Origin: an uncultured Gammaproteobacteria bacterium
GTDB lineage: Bacteria > Pseudomonadota > Gammaproteobacteria > CAWCPV01
Length of the DNA: 64,000 nucleotides
Direction: 5' to 3'
Assembly: GCA_963797555.1 (NCBI GenBank)
Contig: CAWCPV010000016.1
Location: 128,001-192,000, forward strand
A program made the translations under genes and the position numbers. Shown here piece by piece: positions 1 through 11,165 of this stretch. Under the pieces are notes generated by a model that saw only the letters and a list, made by a program, of their open reading frames with translations, ran no database searches and was not told where the DNA came from. Position 1 is the stretch's first letter. Every line of letters begins with the position of its first letter.

Positions 1-1094
1 GCCACCTGAATACTGCCCTTGCCATAGTGGCGAATCTCGGTCACGGCGAGCAGGACATAATCCGGCCAGTCCGGCGTGTCGTAGATCAGCCGAAGCTTGC
101 CGTCCGCATCGCCTTCCCCGGAGTCGAGATTCCGCTTCCCCACATAGAGCAGCAAACGATGGATCTGATCCAGCGCCAGCACGGCGGTCGTCGGATCATT
201 GATCGCCGGGGACAACGCCTTGTTGGCGATATCGACCATGATGCGAAAGGCAAACCGCGGATCCTGCTCCATCGTCCGCTCGGGACCGATGGCTACGCAT
301 TGGCGCAACGCATCTTCGTCGACAGGGTGCTGTTCCGAGACCACGCGAAAGAGCGGGTCTCCCTTGGCGATAAAATCGCCGACCTGGGGAACCAACTGGA
401 TGATCGCATCGGCGCGACGCGCGATCGCGACCAGGTCCGTCGGACTGAACGCCAGGACCGTGCCGGACGCGCCCGTGTGGTCGATGATGCGGGTCGGGGA
501 AGGCCGTCGCGGGCCGGACGGCGCATTCGATTCGTGCGCGGGGTCGAAGAGATGGGGGTAGACGCTTTCAACGACCCGTCGGCCTTCCAGGCCCACGTCC
601 TCCAAGATGGCGATCGGGCGCAGCCCGACACCGAGTTGGTAGACGAACCGAACGAACACGATGATGGAAAGCAGGTTCCAGACGACGGCCAGCGCAACCG
701 GCAATTGCGGAACGGTTTGGTCGACCCGGCTCAGCGCGGCCAGGGTGTAGATGAAGGAAAAGGTAAAGATGCCCAGGACCGTCTCGACCGACCCCCAGGA
801 AAAGGCCAGGCTGATGATTCGGGGCGTCAACTGCGCGCTGGCCAACTGCACAACGATGATCATCGCGGACAGGACGAAGACGAGAAAGGTCAACATCGAC
901 CCGGCGAACGCTCCCAGGATGGCTCACGCGCCTTCCGAGTTGAAGTTGAACAAGCTCCAATGGGTGAGCCCGTCCAACCACCGGATCACCGGCGCGGTCA
1001 GCGAGACGGCCAGCAACCCGGCTACCGGCTACAGCCATAAAGAGGACTTGACGAGCGATCGCCAGTGGTAGCGTTGTAACCAGGTCATTCGCAT
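1..1094 (-). pseudogene. DUF2254-family predicted membrane protein, disrupted; runs off the window start
   Basis: Minus strand reads MRMTWLQRYHWRSLVKSSLWL...AILGAFAGSMLTFLVFVLSAMIIVVQLASAQLTPRII. It has in-frame TAG/TGA stops and a frameshift. The + ORF 27..1040 is its antisense shadow. Confidence 0.7.
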
Positions 1095-1577
1095 AACTCC
1101 CACACAGACCTCTTGGCTCGACAAATCGGCATTGCAATTCCATGGCCATGAGCCGTCCGATGAGGATCGCCGGATCGGCTGGCCGACCAGCGCCTCGAGG
1201 ATGCCCAACGAACGGACCATCGGGTGCGCGGGGGTGATGTTGCCATAACCGAGGGTCGTTAGCCTGACAAAGCTGAGCTAGACGAGGTGGGTCACGGCAA
1301 GACCTTTAGCCCCGAACCGACCTGCACGAGCATCGGCGTGTCCACATCGCGCACGCCTTCGAGATGACCACACCGTAACGCGCAGGTTCGGGCTCCAGGC
1401 CCGTCGCACTCTGACGAGCATGTTCGTGGTCCGGATCCGTCTCCTGGCCGCGCCAGTCGGCGTTCTGGTGGGCGCTATCTTCGTCGCCGGCTGAGCGGGT
1501 TGAGACGCGGGGTGACGCTCTACCGCGACCAGCTCGACGTGACGGGCGGTAGCCATTTCCTGGTAGCAGCAGGTGCT

Positions 1578-3016
1578 GCTGGGCACGTCGAGATAGAGAC
1601 CCCGAGACGCCAGCTCGCTTCCATCGCGTTCGTAGCTGGCGGGACCCATCAGGTCCTTGAGGCGCACCGCGCGGCCGGTGAGATCGGGAAACGGCAGCCG
1701 GACATAGCACTGGCCCTGGTTTGCGGCATAGTTCACGACGACCAGCCGCCGCTGTCCGTCCGGAGCTTCCCAGGACCAAGCGATGAAGCCATCCCACGTC
1801 CCGTTGCCATCCCACGCCGGCACACATTCGAGCAGGCGCCACTGGCCGTCGCGCACGCTCGGCTGCCGTAGGACCGCCAGGAGGCCGTCGTAGAACCGTT
1901 GCACCGCTTCATCGAGGGGCTCCGACGGCGCCCGGACGAGGTGCGGGGAGATGCGCTTCCTGCGGCCTTCGAACTGCCCCTGGTGGAAGAAGCGCAGGCC
2001 GGGCGATAGATAGGTGATGACGGCCGCCGCCTCGTGCACGCCGGGCACGAAGGTCGCGGCCGCTCGGGGCTCGTCGTGGTTTTCCAGGAAGCGGGCAAGC
2101 TTGCTCTGGTAGTCGAGCCCGGCGTAGAGGTGCTCGCGCACCGGCCGCGCGCGGCCCTCGCACAAGCGGTCGTAGAGACGCTTGTCGTACGCGTAGTCGA
2201 AGCCCTGCTGCTGCATCGTCCATTCGAGGTCCCAATACACCTCGGCCATGAAGCAGAAGCCCGGCGCCCGCACGCGACGCGTCGCGTCTGGCCAGAACAG
2301 CGACGCCCGCCGGCCCCAGGTCCGCTCGAAACGTCGGGCAGCACCAGCATGGCCATGTCGCACCGCACCCCGTCGCACTGTCCGGCGATCCTCAGCAGCT
2401 CGCCGATCATCGCCTGCTGTGTAGCCGGACTGCTGTAGTCGAGCTGCAGCGTGTCCGGCCAGCCGGGGAAGTACGGGTCCCGGCCATGGGCCAACAGCAG
2501 GTCTCCCCGCTCGCGCTTGACCCAGGTATAGTTCTGCGGCGCGCGCGCCAGGTCGGCCTCGGTCCCGGGGACGTAGTACTCGGGGTGGTCCTCCACCCAG
2601 GGGTGATCGAGCGCGGTGTGATTCGGGACGAAGTCGAGCATCAGCCGCAGCCCGCGCGCCCGCAAGCACTCCCGCAGCCGCGCCAGCGCCGCATCGCCGC
2701 CCAGGTCCGGATGCACGGTGTAGCCGGTGATCGCGAACCCGGAGCCGGCGATGTCCTCCTCGCGGAGGTCCGGCAGCGTCTCCTGAAAATCCCGGCGCCA
2801 TTCCGGATTGGCGCGGGCGACAGCCTGCCCGGCCGGCCCTGTCCGCCAGACGCTCAGGAGCCAGACCCACTCGAGCCCCATCCCGGCCAGCCGATCGATC
2901 TCGGCGTCCGGAATGTCGTCGAGGGTCGCCGCCCGACCGAGAGACCCGGACAGCTCGGTCAGCCATACGCGCGTGTTGATCTGATAGAGCGAGGGCTGAG
3001 CGGGTGAGGCCTTCAT
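1578..3016 (-). pseudogene. Alpha-amylase family (GH13) glycoside hydrolase, frameshift near 2331
   Basis: GH13 motifs LMLDFVPNH, DGVRCDMA, FMAEVYW and RFLENHDEPR are split across ORFs 1733..3016 and 1278..3089. Similarity ends at GLYLDVP. Confidence 0.85.
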
Positions 3017-3018
3017 GT

Positions 3019-5762
3019 CTATACCGCAACTTTTTCCTTTCCACGGACGAAGGCCGCAGCCTTGCCAGCCTCAAGCAACTTCTTCGCATCGAGCAATCCG
3101 AAAAGCTGGATCAGCTTCGCCACCAATCCCGTCCATCCCGTCTGGTGACTCGCACCCAGCCCTGCGCCGTTGTCCCCGTGGAAGTACTCATAGAACAGGA
3201 TGTGGTCCCGCCAGTGCGGATCGGTCTGGAATTTCTCCGTGCCCGCGTACACCGGCCGCCGGCCCCGCGCGTCCCGCAGGAAGGTTCCGGCGAGCCGGTC
3301 TGAGATCTCCTTGGCCACCTCGAAGAGGTTCATCAGCTTGCCTGAGCCCGTCGGGCATTCGATCTTGAAGTTGTCGCCGTAGTACAGGTAGAAACTCAGG
3401 AGCGACCTGATCAGTAGGGCATTGACCGGCATCCAGACCGGACCCCGCCAGTTCGAGTTGCCGCCGAACATGCCGGTGTTGGACTCGCCCGGAAGGTAGT
3501 CCACCCGGTACTCCTGGCCTTGCACGTGAAAAACGAACGGGTTCTGCTCGTGGAACTTGGAAAGCGAGCGGATGCCGTGGGGGCCCAGAAACTCGTTCTC
3601 GTCGAGCATCTTCGTCAGGATCCGGCGCAGCCGCTCCGGGGTGACCATAGCCATGATGCCCCGCTCGTCCACACCGAAATGCCCGGGACCCGTGGGGTGC
3701 ATAGCGGCATAAAGTTCGGGCATCCGGCTCAGGCGTTTGCCGATGAGAGCCATCGCCCGCGGGCAGCGCTCCCGCTGCCATTTCTCGACCACCGTGGTGG
3801 CGCACAGGGGGAGGAGCCCCACCATGGAGCGCACCTTGAGCCTCTGGGCGCTGCCGTCGGGGAGGCGCAGCACGTCGTAGTAGAAGCCGTCCTCCTCGTC
3901 CCACATGCCCTCCTCACCGGTCCGGTTCATGCCCGAGGCGATATAGTAGAAGTGCTCGGCGAATTTGACGACCATGTCCTCGTAGTTGGGGTCGTGGACG
4001 GCAAGCTCGACCGCGAGTTCTCCCATGTTCTGGCTGAAGAGGGCCATCCAGGCCGTGCCGTCCGCCTGCTCCAGGTGGCCGCCGGTGGGGAGCGGGGCGC
4101 TGCGGTCGAAGACGCCGATGTTGTCGAGGCCGAGGAAGCCGCCCTCGAAGACGTTCTTGCCGAAGCGGTCCTTGCGGTTCACCCACCAGGTGAAGTTCAA
4201 CAGCAGCTTGTTGAACGTCTGCCTGAGGAAATCGAGGTCCGTTTCGCCGCGCAGGGCCTGCTCGGTGCGGTGCAGGAAGAGCGTCGCCCAGGCGTGGACC
4301 GGGGGGTTCACGTCGCTGAAGTTCCACTCGTAGGCGGGCATCTGGCCGCTCGGGTGCAGGTAGACGTTCTGGAGCATCAGTTTCATCTGCTCCTCGGCGA
4401 AGTCGGGGTCCACGATCGCGAGCGGGAGCGTGTGGAAGGCCAAGTCCCAGGCCGCGTACCAGGGGTACTCCCACTTGTCGGGCATCGGAGATGATGTCCT
4501 CGTTCAGCATGTGGAACCACTCCGAGTTCCGGGCGTTACGATATCCGGTATGCAGGGGGTTGGAGTGGTGCTCGTCCAGCCAGTTGTCGCCGTCGAAGAA
4601 GAAGAACTGCTTGCTCCAGAGCATGCCGGCGATGCCCTGGCGCATGACGTTGGCCGCGTCCGGGGAGACCGAGGGCGGCGTCACGGAGCGGTAGAACTCG
4701 TCCGCCTCCCGCAGCCGGGCGGCCAGGGTCTTGTCAAAGCCCTGCCCGAAGGGGGCCTTACTGCCCTTACCGCCGGGGGCCCGGTCGGTGAGACGCAGGC
4801 GCACCGTCACGGAGCTGCCCGGGCCGACGGTGAGCCGGTAGTGCGCCGCCGCCTTGGTGCCGCGCCGCTCGGGGTTCACCGCCTCCCGGCGACCCTGGAC
4901 CACGTAGTCGTTGATGCCGTCCTTGAGGTACGGGCCCGCGTCGGGATAGTCGAGGTGGAGCTTGCGCGTGGTTGGTCGAGTTCTCGGTAAATAGGAGCGG
5001 GGGGTTGCCTTCACAGTACAGATAGTAAGGACCCAGTGCAGCATGCGTCGCGGCGATGGCACTCGTGCCCGCGGCTGCCTCGATCTGCTCGAGGTTTGGT
5101 TTCTCGGCCGCTCTGTTGGATTTGGCGATCCACGGCGCCCAGTCGTTGCGGAACCACAGGGTCGGCAACAGGTGCAGGTCGGCCTCCTGCGGCCCCCGGT
5201 TGGCCACGGTGATCTGGATCAGGATATCCTCGGGGCCGTCTTTGGCATACTCCACGAACACGTCGAAGTAGCGGTCCTCATTGAAGACGCCGGTGTCCAG
5301 CAACTCGTATTCGGACTCGTTGCGAGAGCGCCGCCGGTTTGTCTCCACCAGGTCGCTATACGGATAGGCCGCCTGCGGGTACTTGTAGAGATACTTCATG
5401 TACGAGTGGGTCGGCGTGCTGTCGAGATAGAAGTAGTACTCCTTGACGTCCTCGCCGTGGTTGCCCTCGCTGTTGGTGAGCCCGAAGAGGCGCTCCTTGA
5501 GAATGGGGTCCTTGCCGTTCCACAACCCAAGCGCAAAACAGAGCCGTTGCTTGTCGTCGGAGATCCCTCCCAAGCCGTCCTCACCCCAACGATAGGCCCG
5601 GGAACGGGCGTGATCATGAGTGAAGAAGTTCCAGGCATCTCCGTTCTCGCTGTAATCCTCGCGCACGGTTCCCCACTGCCGCTCCGAGAGATACGGCCCC
5701 CATTTCTTCCAGGGAATGTTCTGAATCCGAGCTTCTTCAAGCCGGCTCTGTTCTGCGGTCAT
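3019..5762 (-). pseudogene. GH63/MGH1-like glucosidase, split by two frameshifts (~4975, ~4488)
   Basis: Motifs [39 protein letters not shown] and FYEYFHGDNGAGLGASHQTGWTG lie across three consecutive ORFs. Confidence 0.9.
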
Positions 5763-5885
5763 CGGTTTGCTCCTTCTCTTGCAGTGACATTCTGACGCTC
5801 AAACGCCCCATGGTAGCCCCGTGGACCTGTGGATACCTGTGGACCACTGCTCCATAGTCTTGCCGATCGTTACGGGCGGACGCGG

Positions 5886-6281
5886 CTACGCCGATGGATT
5901 GCTTTCGCTGCGGGCGAAGCGAAGGTACGCCCCAACGGCCAGAAAATTGATCACCACGCCGACCATGTTCCACACAATCACCGGTCGCGACAAAATCAAG
6001 ATGCCGTAATAGACCCACACGGTTTGAAAGACGCCCATAATGGCCGCCATCGTCGGGTTCATGCCCTTGCTTGACCGCCGCCTGAGCATCCCTATCAAGT
6101 CGGGCACGGCGGCAAAGGTCGTTCCGAAACCCGCCACCAAGCCAACGACCTCAGAGCGTTTAAAGCTGGGGACGAGCAGGCTCGACACGTCGTGTACGCC
6201 CAGGTCCGCACAGCCACCGAGCATGATCGCACTCAGCAGGAGAACGCCACGGGTCATCCAGTTGAAGGAATCCCTATTCAT
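5886..6281 (-). CDS. SemiSWEET/PQ-loop sugar transporter with an N-terminal lipoprotein-like extension
   Basis: Three-TM core VVGLVAGFGTTFAAVPDL...WVYYGILILSRPVIVWN; N-terminal LLLSAIMLGGC. Confidence 0.75.
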   Translation of the reverse strand: MNRDSFNWMTRGVLLLSAIMLGGCADLGVHDVSSLLVPSFKRSEVVGLVAGFGTTFAAVPDLIGMLRRRSSKGMNPTMAAIMGVFQTVWVYYGILILSRPVIVWNMVGVVINFLAVGAYLRFARSESNPSA

Positions 6282-6287
6282 TGCAGC

Positions 6288-6962
6288 CTACTTCTCGGCT
6301 GCGAGCTGGGACGGCCGACGCAGATTGTCCGCCAAGATGTAGACGCTGATGAGAAACACCCAGACCGGAAACACCCCAAAACCCCAGTCCAAGGCCCGGC
6401 TGGCGAACAGCAGGGGCAGCGACAAAGCATAGCCCAGGAACGCCATCCAGCGCGGCGCGAAGCCCGTGCGGATGCCGAGCGTGGAGGTCACGATCATGAA
6501 TACCGCCGCCATCTTGATGGCATAGATGTTCACGATGTTGGACATCAAGGCGCGGGCGAGGGCGAATGCGGGCGAGCCGATCAGGCCTCGCGGTTCGGCA
6601 CCGTAGGCCAGGATGATGGCCCCGAGTGCCGCCGATCCGACGAACAACATGGCCAGGAACAAGAGGCCGCTGCCGAGAAAAACGGTGGCGAAAAAACGGT
6701 CTTCCAAAGCGCCCAGCCGATCACGCAGCACGCCGGTGAACCACAGGAAGGCGATGCCGGCGAAGGGGACCAGGTTCAACGCCAATATGACCCTGCCCTG
6801 GCTCATTTTGAGCCATGCCTCGGGTTTTAGCGGATCGACCGGCATGGAAAGCCGGAGCAGCAAGAGAGCGGTGACCAGCAAGACCGAGAAAACGATGCCG
6901 GCGACGGCAGCGGCCCGGGGGGTTCTCATGTCTTTGCGGGTCAGGGTTTCCTCTTGCGTCAT
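6288..6962 (-). CDS. Conserved multi-pass membrane protein
   Basis: About 6 hydrophobic segments, RTPRAAAVAG start, GGGG RBS; operonic with the SemiSWEET gene. Confidence 0.75.
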   Translation of the reverse strand: MTQEETLTRKDMRTPRAAAVAGIVFSVLLVTALLLLRLSMPVDPLKPEAWLKMSQGRVILALNLVPFAGIAFLWFTGVLRDRLGALEDRFFATVFLGSGLLFLAMLFVGSAALGAIILAYGAEPRGLIGSPAFALARALMSNIVNIYAIKMAAVFMIVTSTLGIRTGFAPRWMAFLGYALSLPLLFASRALDWGFGVFPVWVFLISVYILADNLRRPSQLAAEK

Positions 6963-7135
6963 GGCTACCCCCTTCAAAACTCCTCAATGCGCGGGAAACA
7001 CAGAGACCGGCGCCCGACCCGGCACACGGGTTGGCCAGGCCATGAGACCCACGATCCTCCGTACCGCCGACGGACTGCGTTCCGCTCCGGCCCGGGTCTC
7101 GCGCGCCTGTCTCGTATCTGGCATGCACTCCCGGT

Positions 7136-8227
7136 CTAACTCGCGGGCACGGTAATCACCGGAGCTTGCGGCACCACGCCGGTCTGGGCGAGCGAGGTGA
7201 GCAACAGCAAAAAGGTGAAAACGCCCTTGGACCGGAAGTCGCGGTTATCGATCCAGAACCAGTGACCGTTGTAACGCACCGCGACAAACGGATTCGCCGG
7301 CGGCTCGGCACCGGAGTGGATCTTTACCAGCGGCTGATCGCGTGGCCCACTGCCAGGGCCGGTAGGCGGGGCCGGGAATGTGCTCCCCTCCCGGACGTCG
7401 GCCGCCGGAACCTCTACCCGGCCGGCCAGCTCGAGCAGAATCTCGAGCATGGAACGGCTGAACAAGGCCAATTCCCGATCGCTGCGCGGCAGCGCTCCGA
7501 AGGTGAGCGTCAGTTCCTGCGCGTCCGGCTTGATGCCGAGCAAGCTGCGGACAAACTGCCTATCCCGCTCGAGCGCCGGGGTGACCTTGCGGTGGAAGCC
7601 GATGAAAGATGTCTCCTCCGGACCGCGTTTTTCGAGCCGGAAGTCGAACCCCTCCGACAACTGCATCCGGCGCAGGGCGTCGAGGAGCGGATAGAACTGC
7701 GGGTCGGCGGCCCGGGCGAACATCGGGCGGCTGGAGCGATTGTAGACCCCGTTGATGGCGCGCAGCGCCAACTGGAAGATCAGGTCTACCGGGTAGCCGG
7801 CCTGAACCAACTGGAACAGGGCAGCCGGCGCAATGGGCCGCAGCAGTTCGCGGGTGAATCTATCGCCTTGCATTGGGGTGTAGGTGATGGTGGGCTTATC
7901 GGTGTAGATGCCGGTTGCCCCCAAGGTGACGCCCCGCCCCAGGGTGTCGGGAAGATTGGGTGTCAGGTTGGACGAGACGGTACCCAGAAGACTCAACTGG
8001 CTCTGGAGCTGATACGAGCTGATGACCGACGATACCTCCAGGAACACCGGCGCGTCGGCGTAGCGCAGCTTCACGATATTGAGCAGGGTCTGCTCCTTCC
8101 AGGAGGTCGTGAGCGCCTCGGCGTAATTCAGGCGATCCCGGTTCACAGAGCCGGCCCCGATGCTCGCACAGGCGGACAACAGCGCTGACACGGGGAGCAG
8201 CAGGGCGAATCGTCGCAGCCTGTTCAC
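7136..8227 (-). CDS. Conserved hypothetical lipoprotein
   Basis: Lipobox LLSAC; LLNIVKLRYADAPVFL motif; C-terminal VAVRYNGHWFWID...PVITVP. Confidence 0.75.
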   Translation of the reverse strand: MNRLRRFALLLPVSALLSACASIGAGSVNRDRLNYAEALTTSWKEQTLLNIVKLRYADAPVFLEVSSVISSYQLQSQLSLLGTVSSNLTPNLPDTLGRGVTLGATGIYTDKPTITYTPMQGDRFTRELLRPIAPAALFQLVQAGYPVDLIFQLALRAINGVYNRSSRPMFARAADPQFYPLLDALRRMQLSEGFDFRLEKRGPEETSFIGFHRKVTPALERDRQFVRSLLGIKPDAQELTLTFGALPRSDRELALFSRSMLEILLELAGRVEVPAADVREGSTFPAPPTGPGSGPRDQPLVKIHSGAEPPANPFVAVRYNGHWFWIDNRDFRSKGVFTFLLLLTSLAQTGVVPQAPVITVPAS

Positions 8228-8300
8228 AAAGCACTGGGCTCCTGTCGGCTCGTCTCGTTGCGGCTGCCCATGATCCCGACGCACCACCCCGCGGCGCAGG

Positions 8301-9611
8301 TCACGGACCAGAGGGGATGCGCCAGAACGGCCGCTGGATCTCTTCGAGCGGCCGGCCCGGCTGGCCTGGCTTGAGCCCGTAGCGGATCAGCGCGACCAGG
8401 TCCGAGCTCACCTTCGGGTCAGAGGTGAAGTAGCTGTGCCCCAGGAAGCCGGGCGTAGCCTTTACCTCGATGAAGTCGAGGAGATAGGCGAGACGGGCGG
8501 CCTTCGCGGCCTGCTCTTTGGTGAGCAGCTCCGGGTTGAGCCGTCCGAGCCGTATGATGCTCCCGAAGAGGTATTGGGAGAGCGTGAGCGCCTTGTCGCT
8601 TGGGGACACGTAGGACGTGATGTGCACGCCGGGACCGGAAAAGACCTTGCGCGGCTGCGGAGCGGCCCCGTAGGGCAGATCGGGATCGGAGACGACGCCG
8701 AAGATCTTCGCCGCCGCGACGTCGGCGTCGATGTCCGGCGCGAGCAGCACGATGTTCTTCAGCTTGAAGCGGTCGGCGACGGAGCTCCCGGCGAGGTAGG
8801 CCTCGATGTTGAGCTCGCGCAGCGCCGAGGCCAGCACGTCCGTGCCGCGGCTGTGTGCCATCAGGTGGATGCGCTCGACGCCGGGAGTCTGCGCGATCAG
8901 GCGGATCGCCTGCTTCAGATGCTGCACGGCGAACTCGCCGGATTCGCGGTCGACGTTGTAGCCCGCCATCATCCCGCGCGATCCGCCGGCCGGCCAGGAG
9001 AAGATCCCGCAGACGAACTGGCGGCCGAAGAAGTGGCAGAGATCGGCCATGCTGAAGGCGGCATCCTGGAAGGTGTTGGCGTAGCCGTGCACGAAGAGGA
9101 CGACTTCCTTGCGGGGCGAGGCTGCGATGCGCCGCGCCACTTCGGCCTGAAGGGCCGCAGCGGCTTGCTCGTGGGCGTCGACCACCGCAGGAGATCGCGT
9201 GATGCCGCCCGGCACGGCTTCGACGTCGTAGGGGATCGGCGGGAAGCGCCCGAGCTCCGTTACCGCACCGAGGTGCAGCTCGAGCGGCAGCGCGCGCGGG
9301 CTCTCCGTGCTCTGCTCGGCCAGGACCGGCCACGAGATCTTCTCGCCGATCTCGACCGTGACCGATCCGAACGCCATCGAGCGCGAGCGATCGGAGCTGT
9401 AGGCGAGCGAGCCGTCCGGCTTGGTCACGGGTGCGCGGTCCGTGACGTAGAGCAAATCGATGGACGTCGTCGCAGGTGCAGGCCCCTTGAAGAGCGGGGG
9501 CGCGGCGGCGCCGGTGTAAATCATCGGAGTCGGCATCAAGACGGGTGCACCTGCGCACCCCACCAGCAGTACGACGGCTCCGAGGACACTAATGGCGCAA
9601 GCTCGTTTCAT
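8301..9611 (-). CDS. DUF900 alpha/beta-hydrolase (esterase/lipase) lipoprotein
   Basis: Lipobox LVGC; VLFVHGY, FSWPA, nucleophile elbow AHSRG, LLAPDID and GHSYF. Confidence 0.85.
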   Translation of the reverse strand: MKRACAISVLGAVVLLVGCAGAPVLMPTPMIYTGAAAPPLFKGPAPATTSIDLLYVTDRAPVTKPDGSLAYSSDRSRSMAFGSVTVEIGEKISWPVLAEQSTESPRALPLELHLGAVTELGRFPPIPYDVEAVPGGITRSPAVVDAHEQAAAALQAEVARRIAASPRKEVVLFVHGYANTFQDAAFSMADLCHFFGRQFVCGIFSWPAGGSRGMMAGYNVDRESGEFAVQHLKQAIRLIAQTPGVERIHLMAHSRGTDVLASALRELNIEAYLAGSSVADRFKLKNIVLLAPDIDADVAAAKIFGVVSDPDLPYGAAPQPRKVFSGPGVHITSYVSPSDKALTLSQYLFGSIIRLGRLNPELLTKEQAAKAARLAYLLDFIEVKATPGFLGHSYFTSDPKVSSDLVALIRYGLKPGQPGRPLEEIQRPFWRIPSGP

Positions 9612-9649
9612 GGTGCGACTGCTGCGTTGTCAGAAGCCCGCCGCGGGCA

Positions 9650-10207
9650 TCAGCCGCCCAGCATCGCCTTCTTGAGGTTCGCCTGGACCGGTTTGTCACC
9701 CAGCCAGACCTTCATCAGAGCCCGATTGAATGCCTCGCCGGCGATGGAGCCCTTCGCCTCACCGTTCCATGTGATCTTCGTGGCGGCGTCCACGAAGTCG
9801 AGCGTGATCACGTCCTTCTCCTTCACGTTCTTGAAGGCCTTCATGCTCGACACGAGCTGGTCGACCTCCGGCTTGATTGCGGCACGCTCCTGCGGCGTCG
9901 TATTGGCGTCAATGCCTTCGACGAGCGCATCGACGACTTGGTCGGCCGACAGGTTGCGCAGCAGGTTCATCTGCACGCGGCGCGGGGATTGGGCCAGCAC
10001 CTCCTCTAAAGTGGTTGCTTTATGCGGCAGGTAGAGGCTGCCGACGTAGACCTTGAACATCGCCTTGATGCGCACACCCGCACCGTTCAGCACGAGCGCT
10101 TGGCCGCCGACACTGACCTTGTCGGCGAGATCGATGCCACCGACCTCGGCGGCTAGGGTGCTGCCCGAAAGCAGCAGTGCGAGCATCGTTGCGAACAGCT
10201 TTTCCAT
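9650..10207 (-). CDS. Chalcone-isomerase-like periplasmic protein (copy 1)
   Basis: Signal peptide; LVLNGAGVR.K..FKVYVGSLYL; ALMKVWLGDKPVQ. Confidence 0.85.
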   Translation of the reverse strand: MEKLFATMLALLLSGSTLAAEVGGIDLADKVSVGGQALVLNGAGVRIKAMFKVYVGSLYLPHKATTLEEVLAQSPRRVQMNLLRNLSADQVVDALVEGIDANTTPQERAAIKPEVDQLVSSMKAFKNVKEKDVITLDFVDAATKITWNGEAKGSIAGEAFNRALMKVWLGDKPVQANLKKAMLGG

Positions 10208-10339
10208 CGTCACTACCTCTTGGTCGTGTCTGCGAACCGGCAAGCCCTGCGGTCAAAGCCGCGGGCATAGCATCGAGGCACCCCGCTCCCTAGCCGCCCT
10301 TGGCTTGCGCGGAAGAATACGCCACTACGCGAGCGGGCG

Positions 10340-10428
10340 CTAGGTAACGAGGTCCGCCCGCTGGTCGCCGAAAGGTGGCCTTAGCCCCGACCGTAGCCGA
10401 AGGCACCGCGGCGTTTTTCAACAGCCTG
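10340..10428 (+). mobile_element. IS5-like right-end remnant
   Basis: Ends TTTTTCAACAGCCTG|CTAA, matching the IS5-like end TTTTTCAACATCCTG|TTAA at 39173-39187. It truncates the HD gene. Confidence 0.5.
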
Positions 10429-10429
10429 C

Positions 10430-10840
10430 TAAGCTCCAGTGGGTCGGCGGGGCATGCGTTACGTCCCGGACGTTGGCAATCTTGTCGGCCAGTTTGATGA
10501 GCGCCGCGTCCGCGGACAGATCTTGGGCATGCGCCGCCTGGAGGCGCTTGCGCTCGGCCTTGGGCAAGCGTTTGTCGCCGGTCACCTCCTCCACCAGCGA
10601 CCTCACGAGCGCTCCGAAGGCGGCTTCGATCTCCTCGGGAGTCGTGGCCGTGTCTTCCAGGTATCGTGCAGGAGAGCCGCCACCAGCACCTCAGCGTCGC
10701 TGACTCCCCCGACCTTGGCGAGCAGCAGGGCGACGGCCACGGGGTGATTGACGTAAGGCGAGGCCCGGTGGTCCTTACGCCGCTGGTCCCGGTGCCTGTG
10801 GGCGGCAAAATCGATTGCCTGCAGCAGAAGCAAGGCGGGG
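10430..10840 (-). pseudogene. HD-domain Mesh1/SpoT-like small alarmone hydrolase, frameshifted and clipped at both ends
   Basis: [15 protein letters not shown]...PYVNHP...AALLHDT / EDT...[13 protein letters not shown]...IKLADKIAN. Confidence 0.8.
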
Positions 10841-10841
10841 C

Positions 10842-11109
10842 GATGGCGCAGCCGGAGTCTGAGTACGTCTTCGACCAGCAGGTGCACTGGTAGCCCCTCC
10901 CGCTGCAGGCTCTCCGGGCGGCTCACTGCCTGCTGCACGCGCACTCGCGACCCGCGATTCAACACCCACCGCACTCCCATCGATGGTCAGGACGGCGGTT
11001 CTCTCCCCGCCCCGCCGCCGTGTGCGCTTGCCAAGTCCCTTGCTCGAATGCTCCTTCGATGGTAGCCTTCCGTCCACTCCAACCCTGAATGCGATTGGAT
11101 TTCCTATCC
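10842..11109 (+). mobile_element. IS91/ISCR-family oriIS-end remnant (copy 1)
   Basis: Encodes the transposase tail [15 protein letters not shown]. Ends GCGATTGGATTTCCTATCC, similar to the ISCR oriIS GCGTTTGAACTTCCTATACC. Homologous to 24820..25068. Confidence 0.65.
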
Positions 11110-11165
11110 CTCGCATGCACCCATGTCCCCACCATCAGATCACTAATGCACTGAGGAGATGCATC

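Noticed and set aside
27-1040. Long antisense ORFs (for example 27..1040, 7166..8188, 8436..10034, 19221..20408, 28074..29387, 49688..50965)
   Set aside because: Shadow frames of recognisable opposite-strand genes, expected in high-GC DNA.
1-1094. In-frame TAG/TGA in DUF2254 as possible stop-codon recoding
   Set aside because: They co-occur with a frameshift, and intact genes in the window use TAG/TGA as normal stops.
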